Part shown: positions 1 through 9,020 of the stretch, in pieces
How the letters are laid out: every line of letters begins with the position of its first letter
Position numbering within the stretch: position 1 is the stretch's first letter
Origin: Candidatus Heimdallarchaeota archaeon
GTDB lineage: Archaea; Asgardarchaeota; Heimdallarchaeia; Heimdallarchaeales; Heimdallarchaeaceae
Direction: 5' to 3'
NCBI GenBank assembly: GCA_019057375.1
Contig: DXJF01000035.1
Coordinates: forward strand, 1-64,000
Length of the DNA: 64,000 nt
Program-made: the position numbers and the translations under genes
The notes under the pieces: model-generated
What the model was told of the DNA's origin: nothing
What the model saw: the letters and a program-made list of their open reading frames with translations, nothing else
Database searches by the model: none

Positions 1-211
1 ACGTGTAAAATTGCTTCAGATTCTCAAAATGGAAATCCTGACAATCAACTTCTTCTCTTCTTTCAACTCCTTTTTCCTTTTAGGTGACAAGCGAAGAATT
101 ACAGGTTTGGTTGTAATTCCTGCCTGTCGAGAATCTAGAAGGGCATTGATATTATAAGCACAACAGAAATTTTGTGTCAAATCATTCTAAAAGAATCTAC
201 AAAAAGAAGAA

Positions 212-238
212 GCATTATAAAAAAGAAGAAAAAAAAAA
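212..238 (-). terminator. Oligo-U terminator-like tract after peptidase gene
   Basis: A-rich run on + (U-rich on -) immediately after the TGA stop at 240. Confidence 0.4.
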
Positions 239-239
239 G

Positions 240-1442
240 TCAAGTATAATTTTCATCAAACCATGTGTTAAATACTGTATCACGATATTGAGGATTTTGG
301 TCTTCATCAAGCCCTTCCCATGATAAAATTCCTATGTTATAACCTCCTTCTATGTAATCAGGCATCATAGAAACAGCATAGTTGAATGCTTGAATGTCTG
401 TTTTTCCAAGAGCCAGACCTGCAAAGAAATAGTGTGAAAATACTCCTCCGTGAGGATCATTTTCTTCTGGAGGATCTCCAGGACCTGGATAATAAATACA
501 GTATTCGTAATTTTCGCCAATCCATAGAGTAGCTGGATCATCATCAGTTGAAGACATAACAAAAACTTTGTCATTTGCATAGAATTCATCAAATTCCCAC
601 ACAAAATCTCCTGAATAGCAAGCTTCAACAGCAAGAAAGATGTTTCTTGACTCTAAACATTGAATCTTCTCTGCTAGAGCGCTTGATCTAATACAAACAT
701 ATTCAAGAGTATTTGGATCCACCTTACCATATCTAACATGCCATGCAATTGAATCTAAAGTGTCTCCTTCTTTAAAGGAAAAACCCCAGATATTATCTGG
801 TTCAATCATTTCCCCATGAGAAAGAATGTAAATAAATACTTGAGAATTAAAGGTTTCCAAGGAATCAACATTATCTATAGCTCCTTCCCAGTTTAGATAT
901 TCATATCTATGTAAAACATTAGTGAATTTTTCTTCTTCAATCAAGTAATCTGTATAATCGTTTATAACATCATCTGCTGATTCTCCAATGTCATTAGCCC
1001 ACATAAACAAGGCTACCTTACCATTCAAGGTAAAGTCTTCAGTGTGGATTGGATTCATTGGAAAAACTAATCTGTTTTGTGAATTGTACGCTAGTCTAGA
1101 TACTCGAAGTTCATAAAGATTGCCTGGTTGCACATAATAAGATAGACTATATTCACCCAGATCATCGCCACCCAATGTTGTGGTTGATTTTACTTTTTGA
1201 AAAGGTCCTATGAATGGAAAAACTATAGAAGCTTTCCATAACTGTACTGAAATACCAGACAAGCCAATTGTGGTTTGGGGAACACCGTCGATTTCAGGTG
1301 TTATAGTAACTTCACCTTGAAATGTCACTGTACCAGTATATCCTCTAGCACTAACATCTAATGTTCCAATTATAGTCATACTTAAAAAAAGTGTTAAAAA
1401 CAAAACAAAAGCAGTTTTAATCAATTTATTTGTTTTTTTCAA
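240..1442 (-). CDS. Secreted caspase/legumain-fold cysteine peptidase (clan CD, C13/C14-like) with N-terminal beta-rich domain
   Basis: Signal-peptide-like N-terminus (MKKTNKLIKTAFVLFLTLFLSMTIIGTLDVSA); FIYILSHG and LAVEACYSG match the clan CD His-Gly/Cys dyad; GGVFSHYF resembles the downstream G.FT motif; TTG start with GGAGG SD upstream. Confidence 0.72.
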   Translation of the reverse strand: MKKTNKLIKTAFVLFLTLFLSMTIIGTLDVSARGYTGTVTFQGEVTITPEIDGVPQTTIGLSGISVQLWKASIVFPFIGPFQKVKSTTTLGGDDLGEYSLSYYVQPGNLYELRVSRLAYNSQNRLVFPMNPIHTEDFTLNGKVALFMWANDIGESADDVINDYTDYLIEEEKFTNVLHRYEYLNWEGAIDNVDSLETFNSQVFIYILSHGEMIEPDNIWGFSFKEGDTLDSIAWHVRYGKVDPNTLEYVCIRSSALAEKIQCLESRNIFLAVEACYSGDFVWEFDEFYANDKVFVMSSTDDDPATLWIGENYEYCIYYPGPGDPPEENDPHGGVFSHYFFAGLALGKTDIQAFNYAVSMMPDYIEGGYNIGILSWEGLDEDQNPQYRDTVFNTWFDENYT

Positions 1443-1556
1443 ATTAAATAACCTCCGTTTTAGTACAAATCATAATCATTTAGAATATATAAATTCTTCT
1501 GAAAAGAAATGACTACAACCAAATATTAGAAAAACTCAAAACCCTAATTAGTCACA

Positions 1557-2102
1557 TTATGTTAATAATCTAACCAACTCTCTTTTTGCACAAAACAAAA
1601 CCTGATTATTAGATACTAGCTTCTTTTCCTTAAGAGCTTGCTTCAATAACTCATCTACAGACATCTTCGATTTCTCAAGAATAGCTTGTTCAATTTCAAA
1701 TTGGGAATATCTATTCATTAGTACAGAACAAGCAATAACAGCAGTTTTTCTATGTTTCCTACATTTCTGTTCATTCATGCTAGATGAACAAAAGGTGTTA
1801 CAAACATCATCTAATTCAAACTTGATTTCTTCTGAAAATGTCTTTTTGAATTGTTCAACTCTGCTGCTAATGTCCTTCTTTGTTATAGGTTTTTTCTTAG
1901 AGAGTTGATTAGCGTTATCTAGTTTCTCTTTCTTTTTTTGTTTGGGTTTCTTGGTGTTAGTAAGTTTATCGTAGAGCGCTGTTCTCATATCAATAAAGCT
2001 GCTAAATAACAGCGGATAACTAGCTGAGTGGTATTTTCTTTTAAGAAACAATAAATAGTGTTCGTATTTGAGTGGTTCAAGAGTAAAATTAACTGTAGTC
2101 AT
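1557..2102 (-). CDS. Hypothetical basic protein (181 aa) in accessory island
   Basis: ORF with ATG start 16 nt downstream of the ATPase remnant stop; lysine-rich linker; no recognised family. Confidence 0.6.
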   Translation of the reverse strand: MTTVNFTLEPLKYEHYLLFLKRKYHSASYPLLFSSFIDMRTALYDKLTNTKKPKQKKKEKLDNANQLSKKKPITKKDISSRVEQFKKTFSEEIKFELDDVCNTFCSSSMNEQKCRKHRKTAVIACSVLMNRYSQFEIEQAILEKSKMSVDELLKQALKEKKLVSNNQVLFCAKRELVRLLT

Positions 2103-2117
2103 CTCTTTGACATATTC

Positions 2118-2258
2118 TTAACCATCCTTCCAGAAGAAACAATGACGAATTGGTAGTTGTTGGAGACGTTTGAAATAAAAATCTTGAAGATTTAGAGCTT
2201 TTGCAATTTTCTCTATTTCCTGACCTGATCGAAAAACAATCTTAGTTGAGGAATTTGC
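2118..2258 (-). pseudogene. C-terminal remnant of a HerA/VirB4/FtsK-type P-loop ATPase
   Basis: Manual minus-strand translation: ANSSTKIVFRSGQEIEKIAKALNLQDFYFKRLQQLPIRHCFFWKDG*; N..TKIVFR and the L..LP pattern are typical of the C-terminus of this ATPase group; no N-terminal part or start. Confidence 0.55.
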
Positions 2259-2617
2259 ATGAACAACCTAGTAAAGGAAAAACAATAATTGAGAAATTTG
2301 AAGAAAACTCTGATGTAGACTATGCGATTGTTTTACTAACTCCAGATGATATTGGAGGTATTAAAGATATAGAGAAACTAAATGATTTAAAACCTCGAGC
2401 AAGACAAAATGTTATCTTTGAGTTAGGTTTTTTTGTGGGTAAATTAGGAAGGGATAAGCTGTGTGCTCTTAAAAAGGGAAACCTAGAAATTCTCTCTGAT
2501 TTTAGTGGAGTTATCTACATTTCAGCTGACGAAGAAAATTGGAGGATGGATTTACTAAAGGAATTAAAGAGTGCAGGAATCCCAATGGACATTGATATTT
2601 TTCTTAGTCAGAAGTAG
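2246..2617 (+). pseudogene. 5'-truncated TIR-like nucleotide-binding domain (COG4271/CAP12-Pycsar effector type)
   Basis: LHEQP.KGKTIIEKFE, AIVLLTPDD, RARQNVIFELGFF.GKLGR and EI.SD..GV.YI motifs present; the family's first strand (VFIVHG) is absent. Confidence 0.8.
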
Positions 2618-2688
2618 GAAAAAAAGCACATAAGCTTCCTCAAATATTTTACATACATTATAAACTGAATTCTCTTTTTCTCAATAAC

Positions 2689-2925
2689 ATGGAAAAGAAA
2701 CAAAGTAAGTACTCGAACTCTAAATTAGGCAAAATAGATATTGAGACAGAGAAAGCATTTCTAGCTCTTATAGATGGTTTTGTTGACAAACCTATCTGGA
2801 TACCTAAGTCTGTTGTTGATCCTGCAACTAAACTCATTAGACAATGGTTCATTGACCAGAAGGATAAGGAACTGAAGGATTTTCAGAGAACCAAAAAACA
2901 AGCAGAACTGGAAGATTTCATCTAA
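2689..2925 (+). CDS. Small hypothetical protein, virus/MGE-like
   Basis: 78 aa with ETEKAFL...WIPKS pattern reminiscent of small viral hypothetical proteins; partial second copy at 3454-3503. Confidence 0.5.
   Translation: MEKKQSKYSNSKLGKIDIETEKAFLALIDGFVDKPIWIPKSVVDPATKLIRQWFIDQKDKELKDFQRTKKQAELEDFI
2722..2771 (+). repeat. Imperfect 50-bp direct repeat, copy 1
   Basis: 43/50 identical to 3454-3503 by manual alignment. Confidence 0.85.
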
Positions 2926-2937
2926 ATAGATTTAGAT

Positions 2938-3384
2938 TCACTTCAGCGTTTTTCCAATGTCTGATAAGTAGCCTTGTAACTGATCCATTGTTTCTCTCTT
3001 CAATAAAATAGTGCACTCATGTAATCTCCATGTGTTTCTTTGTGTCATGCCTGCCCTTTCTTCATGGATTTGTTTTTCTTTCAAGAATTTTATAGAGTAA
3101 CTCAAAGCTTCAAATTCTAGAATATCTACAGGCAGAGGAAGTGATAATTCTCCACCTAATCTTTCATTATTTTCATATGAGTAGAGGTTAAGTTTGCTAA
3201 TAAATTTTGGATAATCATTCACAAAGCTTAGATCACCAGCTTCTAGTTTTTCAGGTTTAATTGTAGAATGCATCCATTGTTGAGGAATTGGTCTTTGAGA
3301 ATTTTCTTGTAGAACTGTAGGAAAGATTATCGTTGTTGTTGTCCATTTATCTTGAAATTTAGATTTAGTTATGCGAATTCTCAT
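2938..3384 (-). CDS. Hypothetical protein (148 aa)
   Basis: ORF between the two repeat copies; no recognised motif. Confidence 0.55.
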   Translation of the reverse strand: MRIRITKSKFQDKWTTTTIIFPTVLQENSQRPIPQQWMHSTIKPEKLEAGDLSFVNDYPKFISKLNLYSYENNERLGGELSLPLPVDILEFEALSYSIKFLKEKQIHEERAGMTQRNTWRLHECTILLKRETMDQLQGYLSDIGKTLK

Positions 3385-3453
3385 AAGATTTTATGATATT
3401 TGAACTATAAATCGTTTTTTCACGAAATAATTATATCGTTAAAGCAGTACTAT

Positions 3454-3503
3454 AAGTTAGGTAAAGTAGATATTGAGACAAGGAAAGCCTTTCTAGCTCT
3501 CAT
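3454..3503 (+). repeat. Imperfect 50-bp direct repeat, copy 2 (gene remnant KLGKVDIETRKAFLALIKL*)
   Basis: 43/50 identical to 2722-2771; reading frame stops a few codons later. Confidence 0.85.
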
Positions 3504-3609
3504 CAAGTTGTAACGAGAAATTTCACTCTAAATCATTAGATATAAAACTTTAAATACAAAATTTTTTCTCGTTAATCAAATTTCTCAACAATAAAATAGA
3601 GGAAAAAAG

Positions 3610-4995
3610 ATGACAGAAGAATTCAAAGAACATCCTTACCTAGGAAATAGTCAACAAGATGTCGATGAAATGCTTCAGTATTTAGACCTCAAAAGTATCG
3701 AAGAGCTCTATTCCGATATTCCTGATGAAATAAGATTCAAAGGAGAATTGGATTTACCACATTATAAGAGTGAATATGAACTTTTAGAGGCAATTAAGGC
3801 AAAAATGAGTAAAAATATCACTACAAGAGAAGTAAGATCTTTCATGGGTGGTGGAGTATTAGATATTTATATACCTGCGCTCCAAGATGAAGTTCTTAGA
3901 AGAACTGAATTTTATAGTGCATATACCCCTTACCAACCTGAAACATCTCAGGGGACCACTCAAGCCTTATTTGAATATCAAAGCATGATTTGTGAACTTG
4001 TTGGTATGAATGTTGCTAACTGTTCTCTTTATGATTGGGCTACAGCTGTAGGAGAAGCTGCATTAATGGCTTCTCGAATAACAAAAAGATACAAGTTTAT
4101 CTACACAGCAGCTACTGCCCCCAATAGAGAAGCAGTTCTGAAAAACTATGTTGTAGGAGCTAATCTGGAACTAGAAGAAATTCCTTATGATCCCACAACT
4201 GGTAAAATGAACATAGCTGAAGCTAAAACTAAGATGGATGATACTGTCGCTGGTATTTATATTGAAAATCCAAACTTCTTAGGAGTCATCGAGGATGGTT
4301 TAGAAGAAATCATCGCAGACGCTCATGAAAAAGGAGTCAAGGTTGTTATCGGAGCTGATATGAATTCATTGGCACTACTGAAACCACCAGGTGAATATGG
4401 TGCTGATATTTGTATAGGAGAAGGTCAAACTATTGGTGGTGGTCCATTGAATTTTGGAGGACCACTATTAGGTATTATTGCAATGCAATTTGATAGAAGA
4501 GAAACAAGACAGATGCCTGGACGTATTGTTGGAGTTACTATAACTGCTAACGAAGGAGAAAGGGCTTTTGCAAATACATTAGAAACAAGAGAACAACACA
4601 TCAAAAGAGAAAGAGCTACAAGTAACATCTGTACAAATGAAGGTCTTGTAGCACTAAGTTGTGCAGTTCATTTAGCACTTTTGGGTCCTGAAGGTTATAA
4701 AGACACCGCAGAAACAATGTATCTAAGTGCACATTACTTGGTCAAAGAGCTTGAGAAAATTGGTGTTAAACGAGTGTTTAATAGTGAATTCTTTAACACA
4801 TTTATTCTTGATCTTAAGATTCCTAAAAGCAAAAAACAAGAATTCATAGATTTCATGTTGGAGAGAAAAATCTTTCCAGGAATTCCTTATTCAAACGATG
4901 GTGAAAACTATGATTACATTGTTACAACTTCATATCTATTATGTGAAGAAGATCTTAACGATTATGTTAAGGCAATTGGAGAATGGAGGAGCTAA
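3610..4995 (+). CDS. gcvPA: Glycine dehydrogenase (decarboxylating) subunit 1
   Basis: YTPYQPETSQG, QALFEYQSMI, NCSLYD, REQHIKRERATSNICTN motifs. Confidence 0.97.
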   Translation: MTEEFKEHPYLGNSQQDVDEMLQYLDLKSIEELYSDIPDEIRFKGELDLPHYKSEYELLEAIKAKMSKNITTREVRSFMGGGVLDIYIPALQDEVLRRTEFYSAYTPYQPETSQGTTQALFEYQSMICELVGMNVANCSLYDWATAVGEAALMASRITKRYKFIYTAATAPNREAVLKNYVVGANLELEEIPYDPTTGKMNIAEAKTKMDDTVAGIYIENPNFLGVIEDGLEEIIADAHEKGVKVVIGADMNSLALLKPPGEYGADICIGEGQTIGGGPLNFGGPLLGIIAMQFDRRETRQMPGRIVGVTITANEGERAFANTLETREQHIKRERATSNICTNEGLVALSCAVHLALLGPEGYKDTAETMYLSAHYLVKELEKIGVKRVFNSEFFNTFILDLKIPKSKKQEFIDFMLERKIFPGIPYSNDGENYDYIVTTSYLLCEEDLNDYVKAIGEWRS

Positions 4996-4998
4996 AAA

Positions 4999-6516
4999 AT
5001 GTATAGACAAGCAAAATATGACGAACCTCTTCTCTTTGAATTAAGCAAAAAGGGTAGAAGAGCTCATCTTCCACCAAGATGTGATTTCGCCAGAGATGAC
5101 ATCAATATTCCTGAGAATATGAGAAGAACTGTACCACCTGAATTACCTGAGCTTCATGAAGGTGAAGTAATGCGCCATTATGTGCATTTATCTCATCAGA
5201 ATTACTGTATTGATACAGGCACTTATCCACTTGGTTCTTGTACAATGAAATACAATCCTAAGATAAACGAAACAGTTGCTCGAATGGAAAAAATAATGTA
5301 TTTGCATCCAAATCAACCAGTCGAATCTGTTCAAGGTATCCTAGAAATACTCTATGAGCTTCAAGTAGCATTAGGAGAGCTTGCGGGTCTAAAACATACA
5401 ACCTTACAAACTCCAGCCGGTGCAAGCGGAGAATATTGTGGTCTTGCTTTAATCAAAGCTTACCATGATGACCATGGAGATACACAAAGAGACGAAATCA
5501 TTGCTCCTGACTCAAGCCACGGAACTAATCCTGCAAGTACTGTCATGAACGGTATGAAACTCATTGAAATAAAATCCAATGAAGATGGAAGAGTAAATAT
5601 GGAGGCACTAAAAGCTGCAGTATCAGATAAAACTGCAGGGTTAATGCTAACAAATCCAAATACACTTGGTGTGTTCGAAAAAGACATTATAGAAATGTCA
5701 AAAATCGTTAAAGAAGCAGGTGGTTTACTCTACTACGATGGAGCAAACTTCAATGCTATTGTAGGAAAAATAAGACCAGGTGATATGGGTTACGATGTGC
5801 TTCATTTCAATTTCCATAAAACTTTCTCAACTCCACACGGAGGAGGAGGTCCTGGAGCAGCAGCTGTATGTTGTAATGATCTTCTAGAACCATATTTACC
5901 AGTACCAACCATAGATTATGATAAGGATAAAGACTTTTACTTCTATAATTATGATCGTCCAAAATCCATTGGTAAAGTTCACGGATATTTTGGAAATTCA
6001 GCAATTGCACTAAGAGCTTATGCATACATTGCGGCCTTAGGTTTTCAAGGATTGAAAGATACTGCAGAACATGCAGTCTTAACTGCAAATTATGCAATTA
6101 GAAAACTTGAGAAACTTGATGGTTTCAGACTAAGTCATACATCTGAAATTCCAAGAAAACATGAAGGTGTTCTTGAAGCAACACCATTCTTGAGAAACTA
6201 TGATGTTTCTGGAATGGATATTGCAAAGATGATAATTAGCAGAGGGCTTCATGCTCCAACTGTTTACTTCCCACTTATAGCTCATGAGGCTTGGATGGTC
6301 GAACCAACTGAGAATGAGAACAAGGACAGAATTGATCAGTATGTTCAAGCTGTTTCGGAAGAAATGGAAAAAGCAAAAGTAGATCCTGAGTATGCTCATG
6401 ATGCACCAAAATGGACATCAGTTGGAAGAATTGATTCAGCTTGGTCTGTTAGAAACTTAGTATTGTCCTATAAGATATACAAAGAGAAGAAAGAGAAAGG
6501 GGAATTCGTACCTTAA
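4999..6516 (+). CDS. gcvPB: Glycine dehydrogenase (decarboxylating) subunit 2
   Basis: YPLGSCTMKYNPK, HGTNPAS, NFHKTFSTPHGGGGPG (PLP lysine); directly follows gcvPA. Confidence 0.97.
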   Translation: MYRQAKYDEPLLFELSKKGRRAHLPPRCDFARDDINIPENMRRTVPPELPELHEGEVMRHYVHLSHQNYCIDTGTYPLGSCTMKYNPKINETVARMEKIMYLHPNQPVESVQGILEILYELQVALGELAGLKHTTLQTPAGASGEYCGLALIKAYHDDHGDTQRDEIIAPDSSHGTNPASTVMNGMKLIEIKSNEDGRVNMEALKAAVSDKTAGLMLTNPNTLGVFEKDIIEMSKIVKEAGGLLYYDGANFNAIVGKIRPGDMGYDVLHFNFHKTFSTPHGGGGPGAAAVCCNDLLEPYLPVPTIDYDKDKDFYFYNYDRPKSIGKVHGYFGNSAIALRAYAYIAALGFQGLKDTAEHAVLTANYAIRKLEKLDGFRLSHTSEIPRKHEGVLEATPFLRNYDVSGMDIAKMIISRGLHAPTVYFPLIAHEAWMVEPTENENKDRIDQYVQAVSEEMEKAKVDPEYAHDAPKWTSVGRIDSAWSVRNLVLSYKIYKEKKEKGEFVP

Positions 6517-6640
6517 AACATCTCTCTCTTATTCTATTTCTTTTTTTAATCAAGATTAGAAGTTCGATATGTCTATATTTCACAATAATTTTTACTAAAA
6601 ATTAAAATGTCAAAGGAAGGAAGTTTAGCTCTTTTTCTAA

Positions 6641-7138
6641 CTACTTTCTTCGTCTAACTCTTAACTGTGTTGGAGGGTTGACAAACAATCCTATAATCAA
6701 CATTAATGTCATTCCAAATATTTCTTTGAATGTTACACTATCAACTACTCCAGGGGGAAGTATATTTCGTATGGTCCCTATTGCCTCAAATCCAAAGAAT
6801 ATAATAAAAATCTGTATGAAAAGATATAATCCTATGCTAATTAAGGAACCACGAATGAGATAACGATATAAATTCCTATCTTTAGTATCTCTAACTCTGT
6901 TCATAAGAAATTCTGTAATCAGTAAAGATACAGCACTTAACCCTATTGCACCAAATATAGGAAATGCAATTAACAATGGAAGATATTCCCAGCTATTAAA
7001 TTCAACAATGTCATGTAAGTAATAGAAGTGTGGTATTTGAGCTAAAAATGACATTGCAAAAACTGCAATTACACTTGGCCACATCGACTGTTTGTCTAAA
7101 AGTCTAATTTTTGAATTCATAATAATCTTCCTTAACAC
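6641..7138 (-). CDS. Hypothetical membrane protein (about 4 TM)
   Basis: Four hydrophobic segments, basic C-terminus. Confidence 0.65.
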   Translation of the reverse strand: MLRKIIMNSKIRLLDKQSMWPSVIAVFAMSFLAQIPHFYYLHDIVEFNSWEYLPLLIAFPIFGAIGLSAVSLLITEFLMNRVRDTKDRNLYRYLIRGSLISIGLYLFIQIFIIFFGFEAIGTIRNILPPGVVDSVTFKEIFGMTLMLIIGLFVNPPTQLRVRRRK

Positions 7139-7221
7139 AAATCTCTTTTTGAAACCTACAAAAATGTTAAGTTATAACTTTTTTGATGAATAATCAAAAA
7201 ATTTCTAGAATATTAAAGCTG

Positions 7222-8793
7222 TTAATGCTCTGTTTCATCAAAGGTATAACCTTTCTCTATTCGAAATTCACAGAAATTATGCCCTGTTCCATGGCACTTT
7301 GTTTCTGTAACAATTGGTGGATCTTTAAGTACTAAAGCAAGGCGTCCTGCAATGTAACCTGCTTGAAAATCACACAGCACTTCATTGAGATTGGTTTCGG
7401 AGAGATTTGCTCCTGAAGCATATGCACATTCATGAATTCTTATAAACATCTCATCTTCATCCTCACCATCGAAAACTTCAACGAAAGAATGTTGTCTAGA
7501 TAGATAATTTGTTGGATGAGTTAGATATTTTTGCATAATATTAGTTGCTTGTTTTAAGTATTCGATTGGCAATTCAGCATCCTCGGAAGCTAATAAATCA
7601 TAAATCAATCTCTTACCTGGACCAATAACACCAAGTTCTCTACCTGCTGAATACAAGAGAGCACCACAGAATTTATCTCGAAACTTAAGTGACATTATTT
7701 GCTGTTGTAAAGAACTGATATGAACGTAATCCAGATCATTTGGTCGAAGTGCTTCCTTCATCAGAAGAGAATTATAACCATTTTGAGTTGTTTCATGAAT
7801 AAACTCATAGAATAGTTGCCTCCTATGCTCTTCAGCTGGTAAATCACCAAGAAACTGAACTTGTTTTGCTTGAGAACTAATGTCCAAAACTTTGTAAGGT
7901 GCTTTACCTATTTCTTTGCCAAGATATACCTCTATATCAAATTCACAGTAATCATCGCCAAGACCTTTACACTTTGTTTCAATAACACTAGTTGCAGAAC
8001 CAATCATAGCTTCTATAGTTCCTGCAATCTCACCAGCTGTAAAGTGACATAATGGTTCTCCAATGTTGATTGCACCCGCACTATTTGCAAGTTCATAGAT
8101 TCTAAGGGTAGCTGTGTATCCGTCCATTTTTGCTACGTCGCATTGAGTAGCATGATACAAAGGTACAATGTTAGTGTGACTATATAGTTGTGCCAAAGCA
8201 AGAAGAGCTTCTTGAAATCTTTCTTCAGGTTTAACCGCACCTACTTTAGGATTCAAAACAGTTAGATAATAAGGAGCTGCACCAAAGATACCTAATTCTC
8301 TTCCGCTCTGATAGAGAAGTTGAGGTATAAGTGGATCTAATTGAAGTAGAGACATCATTACTTGTTGATAAACACTAATATGAACATAATCACCAAGGTT
8401 CTTACGAACAATTTCTTGAGAAATAATACTACTGATAGTATTCTTTGTGAGAATCATCATACTTTCTTTTCTTCGTGTATCTTTTTCTCTACTAATTATA
8501 TTTGGTAGGATTTGGGACCAAAGTTTTTCTCTAATAACATCTTCAGTGATTAAGCCTTCTGCTATACGTTCTTCATTCATCATGACAACAGGAACACTCA
8601 AAATACCATATTTAGCAGCAATTTCCTGTTCTTCACTAATATCTATTGTACTGACATGAAGCATTCCTTTCATAGAAGTACCTGCGATATTTTCAATAAC
8701 ACGTTTAACATCAGGACAAGCGAAACAAGTGGGACTTGTAAAGAATAACAGTCTAATTCTTTCAGATTCTTGAAGAGTTTCATCTTCGACCAT
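7222..8793 (-). CDS. Thioredoxin fused to two V4R domains
   Basis: N-terminal FTSPTCFACP thioredoxin fold; two repeats ending C.F.AG.IAG...ETKC.G.G...CEF (V4R signature); likely start MVEDETL at 8793 (ORF track 8817). Confidence 0.85.
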   Translation of the reverse strand: MVEDETLQESERIRLLFFTSPTCFACPDVKRVIENIAGTSMKGMLHVSTIDISEEQEIAAKYGILSVPVVMMNEERIAEGLITEDVIREKLWSQILPNIISREKDTRRKESMMILTKNTISSIISQEIVRKNLGDYVHISVYQQVMMSLLQLDPLIPQLLYQSGRELGIFGAAPYYLTVLNPKVGAVKPEERFQEALLALAQLYSHTNIVPLYHATQCDVAKMDGYTATLRIYELANSAGAINIGEPLCHFTAGEIAGTIEAMIGSATSVIETKCKGLGDDYCEFDIEVYLGKEIGKAPYKVLDISSQAKQVQFLGDLPAEEHRRQLFYEFIHETTQNGYNSLLMKEALRPNDLDYVHISSLQQQIMSLKFRDKFCGALLYSAGRELGVIGPGKRLIYDLLASEDAELPIEYLKQATNIMQKYLTHPTNYLSRQHSFVEVFDGEDEDEMFIRIHECAYASGANLSETNLNEVLCDFQAGYIAGRLALVLKDPPIVTETKCHGTGHNFCEFRIEKGYTFDETEH

Positions 8794-9020
8794 TAGAATA
8801 ACCCCAGTGAAAAACAATAAAGCTAGAATGATAAAAATGTTTGCTTAACTTCAATGTGAAATAAAAAATTATTTAGACAATTTCTATTGAAGATGTTTAA
8901 GGGAATTGAACATGTAGATTCTGATAAGAACGAAAAAAATGAATTTTTTTTCCAATAGCAAAAGATATATATCAATGATTGAAACATTGCTTGTTTAAAA
9001 ACGAATTTAATGGTGAAAAT

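Noticed and set aside
20-175. Minus-strand peptide FCCAYNINALLDSR resembling a DDE transposase C-terminus, plus an 8-bp inverted repeat at 96-119
   Set aside because: Too short, preceded by a stop, with no catalytic motif or terminal repeats; cannot be supported
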